Positions 12,486-25,674 of a stretch of DNA of 64,000 bases are shown here, one piece after another (position 1 is the first letter of the stretch; the number at the start of each line of letters is the position of its first letter). The stretch lies in the NCBI GenBank assembly GCA_964188305.1, contig OZ076900.1; one strand, 5' to 3'. The notes below the pieces were generated by a model, which was given only the letters and a program-made list of their open reading frames with translations, did no database searches and was not told the origin of the DNA. The position numbers were made by a program, and so were the translations under genes. Source of the stretch: Podarcis bocagei. Its lineage: Eukaryota.

Positions 12486-14295
12486 CTGAATGGAAGCCTT
12501 CCCCAATCACTGATGCCGAGTTACTGTCAGAAGTGTCAGATAGTCAGATGGAGTCACTATGCTGGCTTCTTGGCACATGGGTCCTGGTGTAGGAGTGAGG
12601 GGATAGAAAGTTCATCCACACAAGCAGGAGCACTGGATTGCTTCTGCAAGTGAGTTTGCAGAGCATTAACCTCCCTGCCACCTCCCCCCTCCAATAAGCA
12701 TCACTTTCTAGGAAACTAGTGTTATGCCCTACTTGCTAAGTTGCTTTTGGTTACCATTATTTCAACCATATGTGCTTTTCTCATAGATTTCAGCATGTCT
12801 GAAATGAAGAAACATACACCAAACAGCACGTCTGTTTACTAAGAAGAGTGATGTTTTACAACAGATAAAGGTTTGGTTTGAATGTTGAAGTGTTTCCTGG
12901 CTCCAAATCTAGTGTTCTTTCTTAGAAGTTCTGCTTCAGCTGGTCTTAAATTGATGGATGAGCCAGTAACTCAGCCTGAATGGGCTGAACTTGAATACTT
13001 CTTACTTATTCAGGTTTTTCCTCTTTCTCAGGTGCCTATGAAGACTGTGATCCTGGCTCACAGTGACGTGGTATGATGTGACATGATATACAGGACCAAA
13101 AGCAGAATCCATCTGAGTAGCAGTTGCAAGGCAAAAACAACAGGAGAGAATATTGCCCTCACTGTCCCACATTTGGGCTTTTCATAGCAGTGTTGAGGTT
13201 TTTGCTTACAGTCAAGCAAATACACACAGACACACACGCACACACACAAATAATCATCCATTTGAGCACTGTGGAGGCAAAATGTTGGACTATACTGGTC
13301 ATTTATCTCACGTTCATGTCTGATTTTTAGCATTTAAATAGCAACCACAAGGCTGGAGCCATCAGAATTGGGACCACAATGTGTGTGTGCATCGGCAGGG
13401 GTGGGAGATAGGAAGGATTCAATCTGAATGCAGATTGAATCTATTAACCCCAGTTAGAACTCTCCCGTAGTGAAGTCACTATGCCAGTATACTGGATCAA
13501 AGAATCGGACTGCACATTTTAAATATTTATTGCATTACCTTGTTAAACCTTTTCACTGTCATATAACCTCATTTCACTCACTTTGTCTACCCAGTCAAGA
13601 TTCATCTTTCAACTTCATATTTTGATTCTCTTATCTTTTCAGATCTCTCGCTCTCTTTTTAACAGCTACACAGAAGACTTACTTTTTTAAAAAAAAAAGT
13701 AGGATGGAGCATTTGTATCCATCTTCTTGAATACATTGTGCTACATTGTGAGTTTTAACTGATTTTTAAATGAATCACGGAAAGCACTAGAGAGGGTTTT
13801 CAAAGGTGTGTTCTTAATAGTTAAGTGGGTCCCCACCCACTTCTTGCATGTGGAAGTTAGATCAAACACAGACTATTTCAACTGAATGACTTGCAGGGCT
13901 GCTGCCTGTTGAGGATATTGTTTTCTAAAGTATGGTAGGTTAAGGCCTTTTTTCCCTTAAAAAAAGGGTTCTGAAATTATTTTACAGAACTTTATAGCAT
14001 TTGTATTGAAAGAGAAAGAAAAGGAAATAGTTTTCTTTCCCTATGTGATTTCTCCTTGACTATATATATACCTGGTTTTGTGACTAATTCTCCACCTGCA
14101 CTATACCTTTACAACGGTATCATACGACATTTAATAGGTATGGGTTTTCCAAGAGTATCCTGGTTACTTTGTTAAGGGTGCTGAAAGTTGTTAGGAGACG
14201 ACTATTTCCCTCACAGAGCCACAGTTTCCAGAGTGGTTTAGCAATCAATCCCTCTACCCAAATCTAGAACATTTGGACAATCTAGTTCTAGTACA

Positions 14296-14376
14296 TCTGA
14301 TTGGACACTGTGAGAACAGGATACAGGAGTAGAGAGACCTTTGATCTGATCCAGCAAGGCTCTTCTTATGGTCTTG
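14296..14376 (+). mobile_element. Ancient CR1-type 3' tail remnant
   Basis: cactgtgagaacaggat..ctgatccagcaaggctcttcttatg. Similar remnants at ~6340-6495, ~41690-41775, ~42150-42250, ~46740-46880, ~53660-53850(-) and ~62430-62480. Confidence 0.55.
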
Positions 14377-15197
14377 GGTCCCCTGCTGTGGGTGCCCAGT
14401 GTCAGCACACACTGCTTCACACCATGACATCGCACCATGGGGGAGAGACGAGCTGGGGCAGGGCGCACTGCCAGAACTGTGTCCCTCCCAGTGCTCTCCA
14501 CTTTGAGGGCTGCTGAGCAGGACACAATGCTCAGCCGGTCTAGGAGGCTGCATTCCTGCAGGGCACCCTCCAGCTAGAGGGTGCCTGCAAGTGATGTGGC
14601 ACAGCAGCTCTGGCTCCCTGCAGTCACTTGCAGATGCCCTCCTGAGTTCTGCTGGAGGGTGACTGAAGGGAAGGCAGTGGGCAGAGGCCAGCCCCACATT
14701 TCCTTCTTGGGCAGAGCATGGTTCCTGCATGGTGACGTGTGGCTGGGGCCAGCACAGGGTAGTTGCATCCCTCCTGGCCACCCTCTGGGAGCCAGGAGAG
14801 GGGACAAAGCATCCAGCACACTGGATGCCAAGCCCCGGGACACACTGATTTTGGGAGCAGCGCACTGGGCTCTGGGGCACCTGGTGTTCCCTTGGCTCTG
14901 GTGCACCACCCCCATGGTAAGTGCCGCCCAAGGCACCGCATCCTCCCCACCCACACCTAGCTACACTACTGCAGCAAATGAGCAAGCAAACCTGCCACAG
15001 TGGGAAGCCCTGTGGGTGAGGAGGGGCAGGAGAGGATGGGTTGGTGTGACACTCTTCTCACTCTGCCGCCTGAGTCAAGTGGCTCACCTTGTCCAATGCA
15101 GATCCTTCCCTCCATGTAGATGGTTTGTAGAATCAGCCGGTCAATAATTAGAACACTGTTTTCGCTAAGCATGTTTCAACAAATAGATACACTACGC

Positions 15198-15860
15198 TAG
15201 GGTTACCAGACGTCCCCGTTGCCTGGGGACAGTCCCTGGATTTGTGAATAAATTCCCGGACAAATTCCATCTCCGGAATGTCCCCGGATTTCATCTAATG
15301 TCCCCAGGAAATGCAGCAGCAGCAGTCTCAGCAGCCCGGAGCAGTTGGCTTTGGCTGGTTTCAGGAGCTGCTTGGAAGTCCCCATATGGTGGTGGTGCAG
15401 AGACTCTAAGATGCAGTTTCTGGGCTGCCTCCACCTTCTCTGACCCCAGCAACTAAGCTGTGAAGGGAGGCTTCATGCTGCCTATCGGAGCAGCCTCCCA
15501 ACTCCTACTTGTGTAAAAGCAGGATCGGGGCGGGGATCTCTCAGCTGTGAAGGAAGGCTTCACACTGCCTATCAGAGCTTGTGTGCAAGCAGGAGTAGGA
15601 ATGGAATTGGGGCTGCTCCAATGGGAAGAGAGGCATCGCACTGCCTGAGCCTCGTTGCCACCACCGCTCTCTGCCTTCCATGCCTGACCTACCGCACACC
15701 TCTTCCCCACCGCCACCGAAGAATCAACAACTCAGGGGCTGCCCAGGCTCATGGAGAAAGGAGATAGAAGCCTCAGAAGAAGGGGAAACATGGTGGTTGA
15801 GGTCAAGGTGGCGGCCGTTCCTCTGCCGCCACCATCACTGCAGCATCAACATCCTGAACG
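15198..15860. mobile_element. GC-rich non-autonomous DNA element with hAT-like left end
   Basis: Starts TAGGGTTACCAGACGTCCCC with gggaca/tgtccc subterminal motifs. Internal ~36-bp direct repeat (15457, 15543). Right end not defined. Confidence 0.45.
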
Positions 15861-16329
15861 CATAGTATTTAATTAATTAATTAATTAAAGGATCCCTAGA
15901 TTGGTAGAAAAAAAAAATGTTAACCATACACTACACTCTTCCTCGCAGTGTTCTATTCAGAATTGGGGGCTCTTTTCAAGCAGTGTAGCATTGAGATTCA
16001 GTGATATTGTACCTCTGCACACACATTCCAAATTCCTGATTTTGGGCATTGTAACAAAGAACTCCAAGTCCTATGAACACATCAGTCCTGTGTGGCCCAA
16101 GCACTGTGGGAGCAAACCAGGAAAAAAAAAAAAGTTAAGACAGCTTTGAGCTTTAGCAACTTATTTCTTGAATGTTTCCGTTTCATACTTTTGAAGCCTT
16201 TTAAATATTGACTTGAACTGTTTTATCCAGCAGGCAGATAAGTACACAACACATGGTGAACCTCCCCACCCCCACCCCCTCTCCCAAAAAAGAGACTCTT
16301 TTTTTTTTTTTTGCTTTTGTGGCTCTAAT

Positions 16330-16335
16330 TTTATT
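16330..16335 (-). promoter_or_regulatory. Candidate distal polyadenylation signal of PCDH11X
   Basis: Minus strand ...attAATAAAattagagccacaaaagc, then a genomic A14 run, then a U/G-rich tract (tctcttttttgggagagggggtggggtgggg). Confidence 0.5.
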
Positions 16336-17786
16336 AATAAGCATCTTAATTAACAAGACAACATGCTGTACATAACCTGAAAGAGAACTACAGTGGGTTT
16401 AACTGGACTTCCAATGCTATTGAACTTAACAGCGTACAATGCCCAACAGCACGATTCTAAAGCGTGGATTAGGGCAGTTTCAGTACAAATACACAGACTT
16501 AATCACTTTCAAATCCTGTAGTATGCCACAGAGTGAAAAAATCTCCCTGAAGTACAAACTCAAATACATGTATTTACAAAAGCTTTTTTCAGATATCTTC
16601 CATAACTAGGGTTAACATGACATACACATAGTTTTGTTTCCTAGGATTTACCAAATACAATCCTTGCCTGCAAGCCTGTTTACTTATGATCACAAAACCC
16701 AACTCTTTACTTTTACAAAAAGATAAAGCCCAGACCTAAAACAAGTAGGATTTGTACAAGAGGATGACTGTTATGAACCTTGCTCCAATTTCAGCACATA
16801 TAATTTGGCCAATGCATTGTGCCCTCATTAAACAAAGGTTGTTAAAGGAGCCTATTTTCTTTTGTCAATTAAGATTAATCACACATTTATGTCAAGAGAG
16901 CCCACACACTGGGGGGGGGGGTCTTTTTAATTTGCAGGCATCAACAGGCTGCACCTAAATGCTGACAATGACTCTTCTTTTTCTGTCTGAAATAATTTCT
17001 AAATAATTAAGAACAAGTTTCTAAATAATCTATGTTTATTTTGATTTAGAATAAGATATCACTCATTGCTGAGAAGAATTTGGTTTGATCAACGGAGAGG
17101 GAAACAGTGCAGTAAAGATGGCAAGCTCTTTAAAAAATAAATAAATCTACAAAACCAAATGAAATTTGACTTTCTTATTATACTCAGCAACCAAACATAC
17201 TGCTGCCTATTTCCACTCCTGTTTTTTCTTCTTCCCCTCTTGGCAGAATCCTATTCACACTTCGGAATGAAGCTACTCTAGGATGGAGAAAGGAACAGTT
17301 GCAACATCCCTCTAAGTATAACTTGAAAACTGGTTTTAATTCAAAATGGATTTTTTAAAAAATCCTTTTTTAAAAAAGCCCAAACCCCTCCCCTAAGAAG
17401 CAGTTTGCACATGGATGCCCATTGATGACTGTGTCACAGATTTAACCACAAGGAGAGGTGTTCTATAACCCAGGAGGGGCTGGTGTGGTGAGGAGGGGTC
17501 ATGGAGATGATCTCCCAGCCATGGAGCTGATCTCATCACTGCTTCCTGGGATGGCATGTGCGTGTGGTAAGGCAGCAGTGAAGGCAATTAGGGTGCACCA
17601 TTGGCACCAAATTGAACCTCCCAGTTGGGCACAAAAGTTGCCTCAAACTCACTGCTGCCTTGCTCTGCCACATGCCAGTAAGTGGCAATGATTCCAGTGC
17701 TTAGAGGCTCGCTCTGCGTTGATTCCACCGGCCCCTTTTGCTACAACCTAATGCTACCTCAGACACCATATATATTTATTTATAAT

Positions 17787-17860
17787 TATATATATATATA
17801 TATATATATACAGAGAGAGAGAGAGACAGAGAGAGAGAGAGTCAGAGAGACAGAGAGAGT
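17787..17860. repeat. Compound (TA)n-(GA)n microsatellite
   Basis: Direct inspection. Confidence 0.9.
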
Positions 17861-20389
17861 CAGTTTTCACACATTGCACAAACCAATGCAGAGTGAGGAG
17901 AAACCTATTGTTGTGCATAGATCTGTGAATCAGCTAGAAAGGAACACAGTATTATTTCCAACAAACATGTTTTAAAACAAAACCGTTCCTGGTTTTAAAC
18001 ATTGTTTGACACTTTGTTCATCTGAGGAAGGCAAAAAGTGCACCCCCTCCCATTTATAATATATAGTATGAAATAAATCTCTGTAGCTACACAGTATGTA
18101 CTGCAGTATATAGTTTTAGGTTTCTTTTTCTTAAAAAAAATCAATTTCAGGCAAATAAAGTAAAATAAGCCAGATGACTAAATAAGATGACACAGATGGT
18201 ACTGGATGATTGCTTAGATATGGTAACATGTGTAAATGTCCATGGATGTTATTGGGTACTGGCGAGAAAGACTCAGAAAGAGTCCACATATTATTATTAT
18301 TTTGTATGCTAGATAATTCAGGCACAGTTGTCCTCTTCAAGTATTCTCTAGTCAAGTTAATTAAACCCATGGAGGGGGAGGGGGAGTGGCAAAGGGAAAT
18401 ATGCATTAGCTCTCCCTCCTCACCACCATTCCGAATGCCCTTCCCCAAAGATGGAAGGAAAACTACTTAAGCTGTTCACATTTTAAAATGAACATACAAA
18501 ACCTGCATCTTCTGAAATATGTACTCTTCCCTGAAATTTGTCATGCAGAGCCCCGATCTCTCACCAAAAAGACCTGTGCCCACCCCGCAAAAGAAAGATG
18601 GCAAATGTTCGGAGAAAATGTGCACAGAAACAATTGTATTGGGGAAAACAGGACACAAAACGTGAACTGAAACACACCCATCCTTCAGAATGTACACACA
18701 TTTTGCAATGCTACCCCCAAGCCAACAAACATGTACAAAAATGAACACCCTAGGGGGGGGGGACATGCTGTGCATTTATGCAAACTAGTGCAGGAAATGT
18801 GAAACTTAGCCCAAGACTGGGGACAAAAGAGGAATTGAAAAAAGCCAGAATGATTTTTTTTAAAGGGTAGGGAGCTTCCACAAGTACAGGAGTTCTCTCT
18901 CTCTCTCTCTCTCTCTGAGTTTGGAGGATTATCAGGGTGGTGATGGGGCACAACGAGCACACTTGTTTGTGCGCACAAACCCCCTCATGTGATTAATTAA
19001 AATGACTAGAGAATGCCTGAAGAGTGTGGCTTGTATTCCTCCTCTGGAGCTCTCTGTAAACACTGTAAGGGGCATATCATCCTGCATGGAATTTCTGTCA
19101 ATGAAGGGAGAGATTTGTGCACCTGATGAAATGTGTACCCAGATAAGTGTTCCTCCATTCAAAATTAAAAATGAAGTAGTTATTGGTGTGAGACATCATG
19201 TAGCATGCTGGCTGTCCCTAACCCCTAACCACAGTTTTGGAAGTGGGGGAAACTATGGGAAACTTCACTGATCTATTGATGCATGCAGTTTAGTATCGCC
19301 TGCAAGGACTGGCTAGAAGCTCTCTGAAGTTTAAGGCGGGGACCTCTCTCAGCTCTAACTGGAGATGCTGGGGATTGAATATAGGACTTACTGCATGCAA
19401 CACTGGTCTCTGCCACTAAGCCTAGCCCATCCAAAACAATATGGCATAAATGAGCTTTGTAGTTTCAGGGGAGGACTGAAGTGCATGGAGCTTGGCCCAG
19501 TGTGATGCATGGTGGCAGAGCCAATCTGATGCTTCTGCTGCCACATGTTGCACCAAGTCAATCTTGCTGTGCTGCACCCTTCCCCTTTCCTTCTCAGTAA
19601 GCATGTGATCCATGGTGTTAGGAAGCTAGAAGAGTAACGCTGCCCCATCAACATCATTTCACTAGCCACTACTAGTCCCCAGCACTTCCTGTTTAAAAAA
19701 GGATCAAGCAACAGATGATGAGAAGACCTGTACCTGTGCCTCAGGAGAACTGCTGCCAGACAGAGTAGGCAACACTAAGCTAGATGAACAATTATCTGAC
19801 CTATGTTCCTAACCAATTAAAAAAAGGAAGAAAAATGAATGGAAGTGCACATGGAGCTTCTGAGAGCAAGTGCTCTATCTCTCTCTTTGTATGAATATAG
19901 GAGGTCATTAGCTAAGGGACATCTGTGTATGGAACAGAGATTCTACTCCCACAGTAGCTCATAGTGTTAATACTTTGCTCTCTAGTCGGTTCACATAGGC
20001 ATCACTTAATGACGTCATCATGATGACTTGCACATGTGAATGAGACATCAGATTTCAATTCCACATATCTGATTGTTATCAAACCTCTCACACAGATTTT
20101 ATATATATATATAATCAGAGCCTGTTTAGCTGAAGGCATCAAGAATAGAATAAGTGGGTGTTTCAAGTGTTCAAATATGAGGGCTCAAACATTTAAAAAT
20201 CTCAGTTTCATGCAGAACAGGCAGCAGTTTGTTTCTACTGCTTGATTGGAACACTTGAAAAGCCTTGAGCCCCTATTGGAATGAATTGTTTTATACTGAA
20301 GATAAGCGCTACAACATAGCATCATCAGCTGTTTAGCGGTACTGAGAGAAACTTAGTTTTTATCTAAGGAGACCATTACAAATGTGTTC

Positions 20390-20590
20390 ATTAGAATAGT
20401 AGTCTGGACTTTTGAAACCTGGGTTCAAGCCCTCACTCACTTATGTAATTCACTGGGGTGACTTGGGGCTAAAATGACATTGCTCAGTCTAACCTACCTC
20501 AAAAGGTTGTTCTAAATGTAACATCTCTTTGAGATCCTTGGAGGAAGCCTGAGATGCAGATGAAGCAATTATAATAATTAATATAATACA
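20390..20590 (+). mobile_element. MIR/Ther1-like CORE SINE
   Basis: acctgggttcaagccc..cactggggtgacttgggg..ctcagtctaacctacctcaaaaggttgtt, the CORE-SINE pattern, with an (ATA)n tail. Confidence 0.6.
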
Positions 20591-23500
20591 TTATGTCATG
20601 TGCGGCCCAGAGTGTTCTACTGGAGCTGCCAAAGATAATAATAATTGCTGCCTCTCACCACCTCCTCTTTCTCCTCTTCCTCCCTGGAATGCCCAATGGT
20701 GGAGGATGGTCACATGGTAGGCAGGCAGGCAACAGAGGAAGTGGCAGTGGGCAGTGGAAGCTCAACAGCCAACAAGTTGCAAGAAGCAGTGATCAGCACA
20801 CCCCATGGGGGCCGAATCTGCCACCCCTTCCAACTCTCTGGAGCCTGCTGCTTCCTCACCTTGCCTCATGGATGGTTTTATGCATATGAATGCATTAGTA
20901 GTAACCATTCAAAATGCAAGCAATCTAATCCGATAAACGGTGTTTTTCCCCAGTACTTTTAAGTCTTGATATTTAATTCTTCCTATATAGCTTAAAAGCA
21001 CCATAAAGTTCATGGACACAATTTCCCCCTACCCTAATATATTGTGGCAAGACCTAGCAGGAACCATGAAGGTCTTAAAACACGTTAACTATTAACTTTT
21101 TTGTGTATTGATTTTCCATGAGAGCACTCTCAATTTGCCATTAGGAGATGAAGCCATTTAATTCTGATGGATGGGTAAAACCAGCTCAATATTTTAGCTG
21201 TTCAAGTGGATATAAGAAAGCTAGTTTGGGGAAACTTTATGTTTTACCAATGATTTTTTCATAATTTAGTAGTCTTGTCATTCTATGTCAGGGTTCAGAA
21301 GTCAATGCAGGGCTTCCTATGCCCATGGGAAATCAAAGACACCAACACATAGGTTGATGGAATCTTAGTCTGGGCTAACCTAGTTAGATGGGGGCCATAT
21401 AAATAATAACATCATCATCATTATTATTTGTTGGAACAAACACTGGGTTAAATCACCTTTAAGTTCTTTTGTGCAAATCCCATAAAAATTGGACCTGCAC
21501 AAGCAAGTCAAGTGAGCAGTCCACATATCTTTGAGATCTAGGTATCCCAACAGACAAAATAACCAAGCAGAATTTTCCAACATATACCACTGAACTGTGA
21601 GTTTGCATAAGAAGTAATTCTGGAGGTACTGACATTGTGGCTGAAGTAAAGTCTTGCTTCTCAACTGTAATGTAGCATATATACCCTGCCCCCCATGGAT
21701 GTATTGAGAGCTTAGATCTGGTATGAAAGCTACATGCTTGTTATAATTTGGGAGAGAAGTTTCAACAACCACTCGTTTCTTATCAGGTGCAGACATTTAG
21801 GTCACCTATAAGCCCGCTTCAAGCACTAGAAAGAGGGCTACATGGGAGGTGGGTTGTAGTGGGATGAGTGTGATAGCACCACCCACTCCTCTAGCAACAT
21901 TTTCCTTGCCTTCCTTGTGTGGTAAGAGACTATTTGCAGTGAGAGCCTTATAATTCCATGGAGGTTCATAGCACATTTGAGAACCCCAGTTATGCAAAAG
22001 GTTCTAAAAGGTGTTGGCAGCCTCCACGGATATAAAAAGCTCTCCAGCACAGTCTGTCACCTTCTACAAGCTGAAAAGCTTGGTTGGATTTGCTAGGCTT
22101 GCCTTTAAATGCAAACTCAATCAACTTTCTCTCCCCCCCCCCCCGCCAATAGGGCATATAAACAATATTTTGTAAGATTAACTTTTTTTAAAATGGAAGA
22201 AGTAAACTTTAAACTTAACAATTATGTGTGCATGTGCATGATCAAGGCCTATGTCGACTATTTTCTAAAACAACAAAGAAGCTTTTCCTTTTTCTTTTAA
22301 ATACAAAGCGAACACTGAAGACTTAAGTGAAGGTTTCCTGGAACCAAAGCTGCTTTCTGATTGATTTGTCAAAGTATTTACTGTGCTTGAATTGGTGTTG
22401 AGTCGTTGTGTCAGTATCTAAAGCATTAACATGTATCCCAGAATTTACATGCAGTGAGCCCTATCTCAGACAAAGCATTTTGTGGGGTTAGGGAAAGATA
22501 CACAATAACATAGCCTGAGCTTTATATGAATTAAATGCAACTGGAAAGTTAAAAGTGAAACTTCTCTTGTAATTATTATTATTATTATTAGTATTACTTT
22601 ACATTACATGTTAAAAGCAAAATGTGTTCAGAATAACAGTGGGGATAATAAAGCTACTTATAGTTGCTGAGGGCAATACAGAGAAACTCTGTTAGCATTC
22701 ATTGGAACCCTCAGCAACAGGAATTTCAATAAATTTACAAGCCATTTTATATTACAGTAATTATACACACAGAGGTTTGCTCATAAGTTACAGATTTTAA
22801 AGTTACATTGATGAGCCTACATGAAGTTCTTTTCACGGGAAAAGATTCTCCTTCTTTTTTCAATCACACTTTGCTTCCTTCTCTCCATCAAATTTCGATT
22901 GTCTGTGGTAAAGTAAAATTGGAGCTAGGAAAGCTGTTCGATTGTGTTACAGACAGGTTATTTGGTTGCAGAATGTACAAGACTGCAGGAATCAAAGGCT
23001 AGGGAGAAAGAAAAAGGAAGTGGATCAGGACTCTTTCATATTAAAAAAAAGGAAGAAGACATATTTTCTGTACCCGGTATAGCCTTTACTCGCTATTCAT
23101 TATACTGTATATGAAAACTAGCACACAGAGATCAGTCATGAATGTCTAATCTCCTCTGGTACATCACCTTGAGCTGCTACAGAATAACGTTAACAAGGGG
23201 GACTTCATAATTACATCCATCAAACATTTGCTTCCTGGTCCTCTCATTCTTTAGACTAATGCCAGTGATTTGCTTCAGCATAGACTGAGCAAAAAATGCC
23301 AAGAATTATTTTGCCTAATGGCTTTTGCATACAGCGTGTGAAGTTACAGAGTGAAACCTACAGGAACTGACAACATACATTCACTACCACAATGTCGTCT
23401 CCTAGAGGATACTTGCTTACCACCAAGAGGCACAACACAGGCCCATGCAGAGAGTGGGGGGTGGGGGAGGGCAATCAGTTACACTTGCCCTGGGCCTCAG

Positions 23501-24159
23501 AGGGCTAAGCTGGTTGGGCCCCCCAGCAGGGACCAGCTGCTTTTTTTTTTGTTTTAGTTTTTAATCTAAGTCTAACAAGACTTGGGACTTGGGCCTCATA
23601 TAAGCTCTGCATGGGCCAGGCACAACACAACTCATAAAGGTCTAACTATTTGATAGGGGAATCGAGGGGCATAAGAATAGTTAGGAATCTTTATAGCCAC
23701 CCACAGAGACATAATATACAGCAGAGCTGGGGGATTCTTTTTTCAGCTGAAGGGAAGCATTCCTGTGTGGGCAAACTTCAAAGAAGACGGGGGGGGGGGC
23801 TGGCCAGTGATGCATAGGGTGAAAGGCAACATGTAGGTGGACCCAGACACAAAAGTGTACAGAGCAACAAGTGTGGCTCTTACATTATTTCAGCAGGCTA
23901 CACTCCAGCTGTGCAAATGTCAGAGGTTTCTACACCCTGCATGCACATCTCTCCACCTATCCTCTGTCACAGTTCAGGGACATATTCCACTCAGGAAAAA
24001 GCACATGAGCATGTAGCCTTGGTCTGGTGGTGGTGGGGTATGACCAGAGGAGATGGGTGTGGCCTGATGGGGAAACACAGCATTGGGGAAAGTTACAAGG
24101 GCCAGAAAGGCTGGAATGGTGCTTTGAACTTCCAGGTCTGAGGTTCTGCACCCCTGATC

Positions 24160-24160
<1 letters not shown>

Positions 24161-24212
<52 letters not shown>
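24161..24212. repeat. (TG)n microsatellite
   Basis: Direct inspection. Confidence 0.97.
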
Positions 24213-24213
<1 letters not shown>

Positions 24214-24936
24214 CTTCAAGCAGTCATACTCCAAAATAAGGTAGGTTATGTCTTGGTTTGGGGATGTTTTGCTGATCAAAACTATACTTGTGAAAATAAT
24301 ACGTGAAAAAGTGGAAGATAAGAGGTATATTGTCTCCTGTATGATAATCTGAAATGTCTTGTTGCTTCCCCTGCCTAAAGCTAGAATCCCAACCCCACTT
24401 AACTAGCGTAGTTCAATAAGACTTACGTATGTCTCAGAAGACATGGTTAGGATTGTGCTGTAAAAGGTTTAATGGTACTCTCCTCCAAGTTGGCTAGCTT
24501 GGGTTCTTTATTGCTCTGTCCTGGTTTGTAGGTTTGTTAATTTTGTTGGGGAAATGTTTGGGGGTGAAAAGGGGAAATCCCCCTGCCAGGGGCTATTTAT
24601 ACTTCCGCTTATTCACCACATGTTGTAAACCTGATGGTGTCATGGCACCTTGCAGCCTGTCAGAGGAACAGTTATGTGAAAAAGTCAAGGAGGGCAAAAG
24701 AAGCTAATAATCAGTTTGAATGCCAGGGAGGGGACATTTGATTCTATATTGCCCCCTCTTTTCCCCCAGATTGCTGCTACAAAGCAAATCAGATACTAGA
24801 AGGTATAGTCCTTCCTCACACCCATTCAGAATAAAATATTTCCCTCCTTAATGTTTCACATAACAAAATCGGAATGACTGCTTATCGCGGTAACACCATC
24901 ACATTCACACTGTGACCTTGTTTGGGCTGAGATCTA

Positions 24937-25268
24937 GGCCCCACCTGCACTATAAATGTTAAGCATTATCATACTGCTTTAAATACTCAATAATCTTGGG
25001 AATGGTAGTTCATTTACGATGCTGGAGTTGTTAGTAGACCCCTATTCCTCTTACAGAACTATAATTCCCAGAGGGAAGAAGGTTTGACTATTAAACCACC
25101 CTGGCAATTGAAGCTCTGTGAGGGGAATAGGGGAGGTCTCTTAACAATGCTCGGCACACTTTAACAAACCACATTTCCGGGGGGGGGGGGGTTGTGTGGG
25201 GGGGGGGGAGAACCATGCTCATTTAAAGTGGCACAGTACCGCTTTACATGCATAGTGCAGATGGGGCC
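24937..25268. mobile_element. Palindromic MITE (Harbinger-like termini)
   Basis: GGCCCCACCTGCACTATA...CATAGTGCAGATGGGGCC, with internal inverted blocks (cctattcctcttacaga / ctctgtgaggggaatagg). Related copies at ~14090-14270, ~50758-51065, ~52290-52605 and ~56890-57050. Superfamily is tentative. Confidence 0.65.
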
Positions 25269-25312
25269 CATGCCATTGTGCTTTTTTAAATGGCATGCGG
25301 AGCTGCAGGATA

Positions 25313-25313
<1 letters not shown>

Positions 25314-25345
<32 letters not shown>
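25314..25345. repeat. (CA)n microsatellite
   Basis: Direct inspection. Confidence 0.95.
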
Positions 25346-25350
<5 letters not shown>

Positions 25351-25662
25351 TGCTCCCCAGGTGGACCCCCCATTTTTTTTTATATATATAAAAATCTTCC
25401 CTCTCCACACCTCATCACCAGTTTCTCAGTGATAGCTTTGCAGCACAGGTAGGATAGAGGAAACAACGCATCAAAATTCCCTGCAGTTTGCAAGGCTGGA
25501 AGAGACCGATCTATTGCAACCCTTTGTGATACCACACCAGCCCTTCCTCTCCTAAATGTCTTTGCCCTTCTTCGCTTACAAACCCAGCACTAAGCAAGAT
25601 GCCCTGATCAAGCCAGAAGATACTGGACATTGTAGGTGTGTGTTCCCTGGGCTACGGTGGAG

Positions 25663-25674
25663 AATAAATTTATT
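25663..25674. promoter_or_regulatory. Palindromic AATAAATTTATT, candidate proximal (bidirectional) poly(A) signal
   Basis: Perfect 12-bp palindrome giving AATAAA on both strands, ~730 nt after the stop. No clear GU-rich downstream element. Confidence 0.3.

Noticed and set aside
14254-15147. 243-aa and 188-aa ORFs as host genes
   Set aside because: Expected in GC-rich, stop-poor sequence. Cys/Pro/Ala-rich with no domain and no splice context.
15868-15888. (TTAA)5 palindrome as a piggyBac footprint
   Set aside because: Simple AT microsatellite with no associated TIRs.
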